The notes beneath the pieces are model-generated. The model was not told where the DNA came from and searched no databases. It was given only the letters and a program-made list of their open reading frames with translations. The translations under genes were made by a program, and so were the position numbers. Source: Candidatus Puniceispirillum sp. (GTDB lineage Bacteria > Pseudomonadota > Alphaproteobacteria > Caedimonadales > UBA1908). From it: a DNA stretch of 64,000 bases. Positions 50,836 to 59,417 of this stretch are shown here, in pieces; position 1 is the stretch's first letter, and each line of letters starts with the position of its first letter. The stretch covers positions 7,231-71,230 of the forward strand of contig PNJU01000006.1 in NCBI GenBank assembly GCA_013822015.1, given 5' to 3'.

Positions 50836-52154
50836 ATGAAGAGTGTATTACTAAGCGCAAGTGCTCTGGGGCTTTTGGCTGGTGTTGTGCTGATTGAGGC
50901 CGCACATGCAGAAGCTGCGGGTAACGCGCCGACACTGAAGATTTCCGGAGAAATCAACACAGCGGTCTACGCATTTAATCAAAAGGATCAGCCTAAGGAC
51001 GCCAATGGCGGTAAGGGCCAAGGTTTCCACTCTGACGTCCAAGACTCACGCTTGAACTTTGAAGCTGTGGGCGATGCGCATTTTTATGGTGGCATGGAAT
51101 ATAGCGCCCTTGTTGGCTTTACGGCCAACCCTGAAGAAGGTCAGGCTGCTGTTGAAGAGGTTAACATTCGTCTGCGTGGTCCATGGGGCTTCTTCATGAC
51201 CGGTAACTCCCGTGATGTGGGTGACCGTATGGCGAATGGTGCGTTCTCTGTAATGGGTGCGTCCGGTGGTTTTAACGGAAACTATGACCGTGTGATCAAC
51301 GCCTCTACTGTGTTTTGCCAAGCGTATCTTTGGTGGGTGCACCAAAGGATGCCAACAAGCTGACTTACGTCACACCACGTGTGTACGACGTTCAGTTTGG
51401 TATCAGCTTCACGCCTAACACTCAAACCCAAGGTTTCTCTAAGCTAAAGACAGTTGGCTCTCGCAAGAACGACGACACAACCTATGACAAGAACAACGTC
51501 AGCTTGGGCCTGAACTACCGCACGAAGTTCTCCAATGGACTCGGCCTTAAGGCTTCTGCAACAGCTGTGTTTGGTCAATCTCAGATTGCGCGTCGCTTGA
51601 CAGCGCTGCCTTTGACTGCCACAGAGCGTGCAGCCGAGACATACTTTAGCGGTGATCGCAAAAATACATCCTCCTACGCCCTTGGTTTAGAGCTCGACTA
51701 CGGCGCTTTTGAGCTTGGTTTCGAGTTCATCGACAACGGAACCAGCCAAGTGCTTAAGGCTATCCAGGGACGCAAAGCCGGACAAGTTTACAGCGTTGCC
51801 GCAGGGTACAAGTTCGGTGTGAACCACATCGCCCTTGGTTACCTCCATGCAACACGTAAGCTTGGAACAGGCATTTTGACCAACTTTAACGGCGTACGTA
51901 CGCTGGATGTGGTTTCTGCTGATAACCCACGCGCCAAGGCCGACGTTGTGTCTTTGACCTATGATCGCAACTTGGCAAAGGGCTTGGTGTTGTTTGCTGA
52001 GGCCAACTACTTTGATTACAAGACGGATCAAAGGTGGGTTAACCTGCAAAACAGCATGAAGTCTAGCGGTGTTGGAAATGCCTCCAACATGTTGGACGGC
52101 GTTGGAAACAACCGCGGTCACGTGTTGATGCTGGGAACAAAGGTTCGTTTCTAG
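50836..52154 (+). pseudogene. Alphaproteobacterial porin with an apparent 1-bp deletion (true frameshift or sequencing error)
   Basis: Signal peptide, KISGEI first strand, ANKLTYVTPR, C-terminal GTKVRF; two track ORFs join into about 439 aa if one base is added at 51310-51316. Confidence 0.85.
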
Positions 52155-52175
52155 TTTTGATACTTTCCTAAAGAC

Positions 52176-52209
52176 AAGGGGCGGGAAATTTATTTTCTGC
52201 CCCTTCTTT
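52176..52209 (+). terminator. Intrinsic terminator after the porin
   Basis: AAGGGGCGG-loop-CTGCCCCTT then CTTTA. Confidence 0.7.
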
Positions 52210-52250
52210 ATGTCTCCTCAGAGATGCTATTTCCTTGTAGACTGTGCCTT

Positions 52251-53231
52251 ATGAATACTCAAAAACCTTCCTTTGCTGCGCCCCGTGTGGTGCGTCCCGA
52301 TGAGGCTGGCGCGCGCGCTGACCGTTTTATTACGCACTTGTTTCCCTATCTGGGATACGGGAGTGTCCAGAAGCTTTTGCGTCTGGGTAAAATAAAGGTG
52401 GACGGCAAGAAACTGCGCGCTGCTGATACGCTTTTGGCTGGCCAAACCCTGACATTTTACTTCGCGCCAAAGGAGCGGGACGAGGCGCGCCTGCCTGCCT
52501 CCCGGCGCAAGACGCCGCCCGATAGTGCGCTTGTGGCGCGCCTTTCGTCGGCAGTGCTTTTTGAAGATGACGCCCTCTTGGTGGTGAACAAGCCCCAAGG
52601 TCTTGCAACACAGGCTGGGGTTAATACCCGCATGAGTCTTGACCGTTTGGCCGATGCCAGGGCGGGTGGCGCCTATGCGCCGCGCCTGACCCACCGTTTG
52701 GACCAGGACACCAGCGGCGTGATCATACTGGCCAAAACGAGAGAGATGGCGGCCTACCTGACGCGCGCCTTTAAGGAGAGAAACGTTGAAAAAACCTATC
52801 TTGCCCTTGTGGTGGGTGAGATGAGGGAGAAAAAAGGCCAGTGGGACTGGGATATGGGCAAGGATACGGGACCGCGCCAGGAGAAAATGTCCGTGGACGC
52901 CCCCGAGAGCGTGCCGGCTGTGACACGCTTTGAGGTTCTTGAAAAGCGCCATGGCCTCACCCTTTTGCGCTTAACGCCCCTGACGGGACGCAAGCACCAG
53001 ATTCGCGTCCACTGTGCCCATGCGGGTTACCCCATTGTGGGAGATGGCAAGTATGGAGGGGCCAAAGCTCACCCTTTTGACGGGCGCACACCCCTTTGCT
53101 TGCATGCGTGGTCCATCTCGTTTACGGATAGCCAAGGCCGTGCGCGCACCTTTCACGCGCCCATGCCTGAAGTGCTCTTGCAGCTTTTGACGGACAACGG
53201 CTTTACACCCCTTCATAAGGAGCACCCATGA
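52251..53231 (+). CDS. rluC: RluA-family pseudouridine synthase with S4 domain (RluC-like)
   Basis: VNKPQGL, THRLDQDTSG, KTYLAL, TGRKHQIRVH, PIVGDGKYG, LHAW. Confidence 0.88.
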   Translation: MNTQKPSFAAPRVVRPDEAGARADRFITHLFPYLGYGSVQKLLRLGKIKVDGKKLRAADTLLAGQTLTFYFAPKERDEARLPASRRKTPPDSALVARLSSAVLFEDDALLVVNKPQGLATQAGVNTRMSLDRLADARAGGAYAPRLTHRLDQDTSGVIILAKTREMAAYLTRAFKERNVEKTYLALVVGEMREKKGQWDWDMGKDTGPRQEKMSVDAPESVPAVTRFEVLEKRHGLTLLRLTPLTGRKHQIRVHCAHAGYPIVGDGKYGGAKAHPFDGRTPLCLHAWSISFTDSQGRARTFHAPMPEVLLQLLTDNGFTPLHKEHP

Positions 53232-54097
53232 TGCCCAGCGACCCCTTTTTCTCTTTGCAGCTCGAGGGCAAGCTTCCTGATCTTTTGGCCCTTGAGGCGC
53301 TTTGGGAAGAGCAAGCCGTCTCCACAAGCCTCTTTGAGGTGAGCGAGAAAAATGCGCTCTGGTCCCTGGAGGCTTTGTTTACCCAAGAGCCCGACGTAAA
53401 GACCCTTTTTGCAGGGGCATCAGACGATCTTTCTGCCTATCAAGACAAGGTGACGCTGACCTATCTGCCTGCGACGGACTGGCTTGCCCAGAACCGTTTG
53501 TCCTTTGCCCCCTTATCCATCGGCCGCTTTTACATACACGGCGGGGACGAGGCGCAAAGTGAGGTGGAGGGGACAATCTGCCTGGAAGTGTCGGCCTCCA
53601 CAGCCTTTGGCACAGGCCGACACGAGACTACAAAGGGCTGCATTTTGCAGCTGGAGGCTCTTGCCGCCCAGGAGCACGCCATTCACGATATTCTCGATTT
53701 AGGATGTGGCACGGGCATTCTTGCCATGGTAGCGGCCCACCTTTTTGAGGACGCGCGCCTTGTGGCCAGTGATAACGATCCCCAGGCCACAGATATGACA
53801 ATTCACAATTTGACAAAGAATCATCTCGCCAAGCGCATTGATGTTCGCCTCAGCGAAGGCTTTGACGCTATGGATGAAGACAGATTTGATCTTGTGATTG
53901 CCAATATTTTGGCAGGCCCCCTTGTGGAGCTTGCGCCCATGATGACGCACCATACGCGCCAGGGCGCACACGTGATCTTGTCAGGTATTTTGGAAACCCA
54001 AGCCACACAGGTTGTGGGGGCTTATGAAGCGCAGGGCTTCAGGCTTGTGACGCATCACACTGACGGTGATTGGTGCGCACTGACTTTAAAAAAATAA
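53228..54097 (+). CDS. prmA: Ribosomal protein uL11 methyltransferase
   Basis: AFGTGRHETT, LDLGCGTGILA, FDLVIANILAGPL, ILSGIL. Confidence 0.96.
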   Translation: MMPSDPFFSLQLEGKLPDLLALEALWEEQAVSTSLFEVSEKNALWSLEALFTQEPDVKTLFAGASDDLSAYQDKVTLTYLPATDWLAQNRLSFAPLSIGRFYIHGGDEAQSEVEGTICLEVSASTAFGTGRHETTKGCILQLEALAAQEHAIHDILDLGCGTGILAMVAAHLFEDARLVASDNDPQATDMTIHNLTKNHLAKRIDVRLSEGFDAMDEDRFDLVIANILAGPLVELAPMMTHHTRQGAHVILSGILETQATQVVGAYEAQGFRLVTHHTDGDWCALTLKK

Positions 54098-54114
54098 AAA
54101 AAGAAAATAAACAA

Positions 54115-54600
54115 ATGACTGATAAAACGGAGAATAATATGTCAGCTTTTCAAATCATGCGCTTTGAGCATGCAAAAGACCTTTCCTTACCCACGCCTGG
54201 TACCTACATGAGTGCGGGCTATGATCTATCTGCAGCACTAGAAGAAGATCTGATTCTGGCGCCTGGGCAAAGGGCCCTTATCCCTTGCGGGTTTGCTATC
54301 GCATTGGCGCCTGGATACGAAGGACAGATACGCTCACGCTCAGGCCTTGCCTACAAGCACGGCATTGTGGTGCTCAATGCGCCAGGCACCATTGATGCGG
54401 ACTACCGGGGTGAGCTCAAAGTCATTCTCATGAATCACTCGGACACGCCCTTTACGGTGACACCCGGCATGCGTGTGGCACAACTTGTCATCGCCCGCTT
54501 TGTCACGGTACAGTGGCATGAGGTGGATATGTTAGAAGAAGCGCCGACCCGTGACGCGGCGGGCTTCGGGTCAACGGGACTTCATGCAAAAGGCAAATAA
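54115..54600 (+). CDS. dut: dUTPase
   Basis: SAGYDL, RSRSGLA, NAPGTIDADYRGE, RVAQL, GFGSTG. Confidence 0.97.
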   Translation: MTDKTENNMSAFQIMRFEHAKDLSLPTPGTYMSAGYDLSAALEEDLILAPGQRALIPCGFAIALAPGYEGQIRSRSGLAYKHGIVVLNAPGTIDADYRGELKVILMNHSDTPFTVTPGMRVAQLVIARFVTVQWHEVDMLEEAPTRDAAGFGSTGLHAKGK

Positions 54601-55084
54601 GGCTCTTTTCCTTCTGTCTTGCTTCTTGGTCCTACAAGGAGCGAGCTTTGCTGCGCAGCCGGCGGGGAAACTTCCCCTGCCGCGCTTTGCCTCCCTGCGC
54701 TCGGGTGAGGTGAATATGCGCCGGGGTCCCGGGACCCAGTATCCCCTTGACTGGGTTTATGTGCGCAAAGATCTGCCCGTTGAGATTACCAGCGAGTTTG
54801 AGACATGGCGCCAGATCCGGGACGTGGAGGGAACCCAAGGCTGGGTCCACCAAAGCATGCTCTCTGGCAAGCGCTGTGCCATGACGTATCCGACCCGTGG
54901 GATTGTGAGCCTCAAAGACACGGCAGACGCCCAAGGGGGCACTTTGGCGCTTCTGGAGCCCGGTGCACAGGGAAAAATTCTCACGTGCAAGGGCGCCTGG
55001 TGTAAGGTACAATTTGAACGACATAAGGGGTGGCTCAAACGCCAAGACATGTGGGGCGTTTACGGGAGCGAGCTCATTAAATAA
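54584..55084 (+). CDS. Periplasmic tandem bacterial SH3-domain protein
   Basis: Signal peptide; LPLPRFASL, NMRRGPG, WRQIRD, GWVHQSMLSG, WCKV, GWL. Confidence 0.9.
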   Translation: MQKANKALFLLSCFLVLQGASFAAQPAGKLPLPRFASLRSGEVNMRRGPGTQYPLDWVYVRKDLPVEITSEFETWRQIRDVEGTQGWVHQSMLSGKRCAMTYPTRGIVSLKDTADAQGGTLALLEPGAQGKILTCKGAWCKVQFERHKGWLKRQDMWGVYGSELIK

Positions 55085-55099
55085 AAGGGGGAGAAAACT

Positions 55100-55633
55100 A
55101 TGGCCGGTGACGTTTCAGCAGGGCTTGCAAAAATTGAAAACGAAACCGTTGGGGCGGCCGAAAAGGTCTCCGCTAATACGGCCAACATGGCTGAAAAAAC
55201 CGCCACCGGCGCTGCAGCTCAGGCAACGGGCACAGCCACTGGCGCTTCAAGTACAGCCACCGCCACCGCGACAAACACCCAGGCCCAAACCAGTGCCACG
55301 ACCCTGAACGCCCAAGGGACGGCGAGCTTGGGCGCGTCGGCTGCAGCTGCAGGTCAAGCGGTTGCCGCGCCCGCCACTGCCCAAATGCAAGCCCTGCGGG
55401 CTGGCGCCGAGGCAGCCGTTGCAGGTGGTACGGCTTTTGCCCCCCCCGAAAGCAAGATCGCCGTGCCCACGGCACAAGCGGCCTATGAGCGCTACATCGC
55501 CCTTCACGAACGCCTTGCCAGCCAAGCCAGTGAGCGCGCGACCCTGCGGGCAAATTACGCCGCTATGCTGGCCGATGAACATGCAAAAATCACAGCCATG
55601 AACGCGGCCCTTGAGGGCCAAAAAATGGGCTAA
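55100..55633 (+). CDS. Ala/Thr-rich hypothetical protein
   Basis: GGAGA RBS; low-complexity N-half, amphipathic helical C-terminus. Confidence 0.7.
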   Translation: MAGDVSAGLAKIENETVGAAEKVSANTANMAEKTATGAAAQATGTATGASSTATATATNTQAQTSATTLNAQGTASLGASAAAAGQAVAAPATAQMQALRAGAEAAVAGGTAFAPPESKIAVPTAQAAYERYIALHERLASQASERATLRANYAAMLADEHAKITAMNAALEGQKMG

Positions 55634-55646
55634 GCGCCCACCTTTG

Positions 55647-56582
55647 TTAATCAATCACTTTCACCCCGCGCGCACGAAGGGTGTTCTTGGCGCCTTGGGT
55701 GACTTTTGGGCATCCAGAGACAGAGAGTGTTTTGAGTGATGATGGATAAATAGTTTTTATCTTCATGAGATAACCAAGGCCCATATCGGTGACTTCTGGA
55801 CAGTTGTTGATATTCAAATTTTGTACGCTGTAAAGGTACTTAAGACCTGTGTCAGTGACTCCCGGACAATTGCTCACATTCAAGATCCGTGTTCCTGTAA
55901 GAAGCGCAAAATCTTCATCAGTGACTTCTGGGCAGTGACTGAGATTTAAGATCGTTGCGTTTGTGACATACTGGATTGCAGCACCCGTAATGCCTGGACA
56001 GTGGCTTAAATTGACTCTTTTGGCGCCAGTGAGAAAGACGACTCCCTTATCTGTTATGGGGCAGTTGCTTAAGTTGACGCTTTTGGCGCCAGCGAGTTTG
56101 GAGACTCCAGCGTCTGTGACGCCTGCGCAGTTGCTCACATTAATGGTGATGACTGAATCCGCAACAAAGCACAGGCCTTTATTTGTAATGAGCGGGCAAT
56201 GGCTTAGATCCAGATCTGTCACATTCCAAAGGTGCTCAAGGTCATCATCGGTGGTGGAGGGATCTAGGCACTGGACGGGTGGTACGTGCTCTTCGTCCTG
56301 CTCTTCCTGTGCTTCAGGGAAGTGCTCAGCAACCAAAAGAAGATCTTCTTTTCTGAGGATAATGATCTTCCCACTTTTTGGGTCGATTTGTAATCCTTGA
56401 TGCAGGAGGTTTTGCTGTGGCGGCTCTTGGTCTATCTCGTCACAATGAAGCGGCGCTAAGTGCCTGTCTGTGATGATGAGATCTGCTAACGGGCCGTGGG
56501 AGGGCTGCGTTGCGTGCGCGTCTTTCGCTTGGCACAAAGACAGTGCAGCAATGACCAAAATGTGACGTAACAGAGCTTCCAT
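55647..56582 (-). CDS. Exported Cys-containing LRR protein without F-box (family 2, L1; 8 repeats)
   Basis: Signal ...AHA|TQ; 21-22 aa repeats LxxxxxVNLSxCxxITDxGL; C-cap TQGAKNTLRARGVKVID. Confidence 0.88.
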   Translation of the reverse strand: MEALLRHILVIAALSLCQAKDAHATQPSHGPLADLIITDRHLAPLHCDEIDQEPPQQNLLHQGLQIDPKSGKIIILRKEDLLLVAEHFPEAQEEQDEEHVPPVQCLDPSTTDDDLEHLWNVTDLDLSHCPLITNKGLCFVADSVITINVSNCAGVTDAGVSKLAGAKSVNLSNCPITDKGVVFLTGAKRVNLSHCPGITGAAIQYVTNATILNLSHCPEVTDEDFALLTGTRILNVSNCPGVTDTGLKYLYSVQNLNINNCPEVTDMGLGYLMKIKTIYPSSLKTLSVSGCPKVTQGAKNTLRARGVKVID

Positions 56583-56614
56583 GAGGTGCTTCTCCCAAGA
56601 TTTTTCTTGGACTC

Positions 56615-56644
56615 AGCGTACTGGATACTTATTCCACCCGTCAA
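56615..56644 (-). promoter_or_regulatory. Conserved sigma70-type promoter of L1
   Basis: TTGACG-N18-TACGCT; identical hexamers upstream of L2 with a diverged spacer. Confidence 0.7.
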
Positions 56645-56678
56645 CTGACCTAGGAGCGCATAGAAGTATTTATACTGA

Positions 56679-57712
56679 TTAACCAATCACATTGACACCG
56701 CGAGTGCGCAGCGTGTCTTTCGCGCATTGGGTTATTTTAGGGCATCCATCTATCCTCAACGTCTTTACCTTTATGAGCGCTTGAAGCGCCTTATCGGTTA
56801 TGTTTGGGCAGTGGCTGAGCTTCACCTTTGTTGCGTTGGAGAGAAGAGGAAATTTTTTCCCGTGATTTGCGCACAGTGATTTAACTTCACTGTTTTGGCT
56901 CCTAAGAGGAATCTGAGGCCGTTGTCCGTGATGCCTGGACAGTGGCTGAGGTTTACTGTTCTGGCGCTTGTAATAAACGTAAGGCCGCTATCTGTGATCA
57001 AAGGACAGTGGCTAAGATCGATGTTTGTTGCGTTTGCGAAGAATTTGAGCCAGCTATCTTCTATTTGCGTGCAGCGACTCAGTTTCAACGTCTTGACACC
57101 TGTGAGGAACTTAAACCCTTTATTGCTTAGTTGCGTGCATTTACTCAGATTGAGGCCTATTGCGCCGTTGACAGTGTTAAGATCCGCATCAGTGATTCCT
57201 TGGCAGTTGCTCAGATTCACGCGCTTTGCACGTTTCAGAAACCTGAGACCTACGCCGGTGATTCCTTGGCAGTTGCTCAGATTCACGCGCTTTGCACGTT
57301 TCAGAAACCTGAGACCTACGCCGGTGATTTCTTGGCAGTTACTCAGGTCCACATCAGTGGCTAGTGCAAGAAATGTGAGGTCATCATTGGTGACGGTGAG
57401 ATCAAGACACTGGACCGGCGGGATATATTTTCCTTGAGTCGCTTCTTTGAGGATCTTGGAAAGCTGGGGGAGTGATGCTTTTGTGATCATGATAATTTTT
57501 GTGCAGTTTGTATCCAGCACAGGCTCTGCGTACTGATGTGTCTCACTAGGTAAGGCCTGTCTTGGTTCATCTTCGCGGGACGCCCCTAAGGAGGAAGCGC
57601 CATACACGCGCGTGCCCATTAAGTCATCAACGCGCTCTGGCGTCCCTACGGCGCCCACCTGGGATACAACAAGTGCACTGATGAGCGCAGCGCGATAGAA
57701 AACGGATATCAC
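56679..57712 (-). pseudogene. Exported LRR protein without F-box (family 2, L2), frameshifted near the 3' end
   Basis: Adding one base to the T6 run at 56853-56858 gives GKKFPLLSNATKVKLSHCP...TQCAKDTLRTRGVNVIG* (10 repeats) ending at 56679. Confidence 0.85.
57192..57346. repeat. Perfect 66-bp tandem duplication (one LRR unit) in L2
   Basis: Two identical copies at 57192-57257 and 57258-57323 plus a partial third with 2 mismatches; encodes LKRAKRVNLSNCQGITGVGLRF-type units. Confidence 0.95.
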
Positions 57713-57746
57713 GGGGTGTCCCTTTCAAGATTTTTTTCTTGTATTT

Positions 57747-57776
57747 AGCGTACCCAGCCCCCATCCTCTCCGTCAA
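57747..57776 (-). promoter_or_regulatory. Conserved sigma70-type promoter of L2
   Basis: TTGACG-N18-TACGCT. Confidence 0.7.
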
Positions 57777-57806
57777 CTGTCCTCAAGGGTGCGTGAAAGC
57801 TTTTTA

Positions 57807-58988
57807 CTACTCAATTACCTTCACGCCACGTGCACGCAGCAGGTCCTTGGCTGCCTGAGAGACGTTGGGGCACTGAGCGAGATTGATGCGTTTTACTTTT
57901 TGAAGAGACAGGAGTCCTACGTCAGTAATATTGCACGCGCGTAGCGTAATGTCTTCTACATTTGGGAAAAATGCGAGGTCATCGTCGGTGAGCTGAGTAC
58001 ACGCGCTTAGATCTACAGTGAGGGCGTTTGCAAGATGTGCGAATCCGTTGCGTGTCAGTGTGGTGCACCCTTTCAGGGTCACGTCTTTTGCGCGCTTAAG
58101 GTGGCCAAGTCCCGCATCTGTAATGGTGCAGTAGCTCAGATCGATCGTGTGGATATTTGCAAGAAACGCTAGCCCCTCGTCTTTAACGAACGCACATTTC
58201 CATAGATTCACACTTTCTGCATGGCTCACGGACACGAGTCCTGCGTCAGTAATGGGGCAGTGGCTTAAGATGATCTCCCTTGCCTTCTCAAGGTGCACAA
58301 GTCCTGCGTCCCCAATGTTGCACCCGCACAGATTGATGGTTGTGGTATTCTTAAGAGATGTCAGCCCCGCGTCTGTAATGAGTGTGCAACATCTTAGATC
58401 CACATGGGTGGCTTGGGTAAGATATGCCAGATCATTGTCGGCAATGCTCAGATCCGTGCAGGTGATGGGAACACCGGTGCACCTGCCCTTAAGGAGATGC
58501 ATGGCAAGTAAAGGTAAATCACTTTTTTTTGCAAGATAAAATTTTGTGCCGCGTGCATTTAAGGTGCCTCCATCAAAGCCAACGGCGGCGCATTTGCGAC
58601 TGACTTTGCGAAAAGTTTTGAAATCCTCTTTTCTTAAGTAAAGCAGGATATCCTTCAGCAACTTTTTGGGTAGGTCTTGGAAACATAGGTCCCCGCTTGG
58701 TGCGGTACCGGAGGGCCGCGCAGCATCTGTCGTCTTTATTTCTTGACCTGAGTGGTGTGCATCGCCTGCGCGTTTGAGTTTATGTGAGGTAGGTTTTGCT
58801 GCGGCAAAATCTCCTAAAGGCGACGCATATCTTAAAAAGCGCGTCGCCCAGGTAAGCATCGCTTGCGTGCGCGTGCGAGTAGGCCATCCACAGTCCTGAT
58901 CTAGCATATCATCACAAGCTTTTACAGGGAGTGAGTGATTTAAGAGGAGTATCGTCAGAAGCCATGTGCATAATGTGGGCATTTTCAT
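57807..58988 (-). CDS. Exported F-box plus LRR protein (family 2, L3; 9 repeats)
   Basis: Signal peptide; F-box FQDLPKKLLKDILLYLRKEDFKTFRKVSRKC; C-cap SQAAKDLLRARGVKVIE. Confidence 0.88.
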   Translation of the reverse strand: MKMPTLCTWLLTILLLNHSLPVKACDDMLDQDCGWPTRTRTQAMLTWATRFLRYASPLGDFAAAKPTSHKLKRAGDAHHSGQEIKTTDAARPSGTAPSGDLCFQDLPKKLLKDILLYLRKEDFKTFRKVSRKCAAVGFDGGTLNARGTKFYLAKKSDLPLLAMHLLKGRCTGVPITCTDLSIADNDLAYLTQATHVDLRCCTLITDAGLTSLKNTTTINLCGCNIGDAGLVHLEKAREIILSHCPITDAGLVSVSHAESVNLWKCAFVKDEGLAFLANIHTIDLSYCTITDAGLGHLKRAKDVTLKGCTTLTRNGFAHLANALTVDLSACTQLTDDDLAFFPNVEDITLRACNITDVGLLSLQKVKRINLAQCPNVSQAAKDLLRARGVKVIE

Positions 58989-59019
58989 GTCATAGCCTTT
59001 TAAAAGACTGAATTACATT

Positions 59020-59049
59020 AATGTATGCGGTTGATTCCTAAGGTGTCAA
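59020..59049 (-). promoter_or_regulatory. Sigma70-type promoter of L3
   Basis: TTGACA-N18-TACATT. Confidence 0.6.
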
Positions 59050-59096
59050 AATCATTCTTTGGTGTGTTTGATGTTTCGCCTTAAACTTTGGCTTCT

Positions 59097-59320
59097 CACC
59101 TTAACGCCGCGTGCGCGATGGCGCCCAATCAGTGTGTGTCTATGTGTGACACGTCGCCGTAAGCTTTTGCGGTGGCCAGGGACGCGCTCACAAGTTGGCC
59201 TTCTCAAAGATTTGACAAAGACAAACGCCACATGTGCGAAGGTTGTCTTTGGGGGCTCGGCAAGCGTTGTGGCAGAATCTGATATCAAGTGTTTAAATAC
59301 TTATAGGGAAATCAAATCCA
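59097..59320 (-). pseudogene. Decayed LRR gene relic(s)
   Basis: Minus-strand frames read NGFDFPISI*TLDIRFCHNACRAPKDNLRTCGV and, separately, RARGVKV; both resemble the family C-cap. Confidence 0.65.
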
Positions 59321-59417
59321 TTGTAAGAAGAGTGTCTGCGCTCAATAAAAAGTATTTATTGCATTGATGTTGTGAGACATGCAGTGCGTGTTTAATACAT
59401 GAATGGTTGTCTTCATG

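Noticed and set aside
55100-55633. R-body (Reb) protein
   Set aside because: Ala/Thr-rich but lacks the VNxQITDxV-type Reb motif, is longer than Reb proteins and has no reb paralogs nearby.
57192-57346. CRISPR array
   Set aside because: Head-to-tail 66-bp coding units without spacers; no cas genes.
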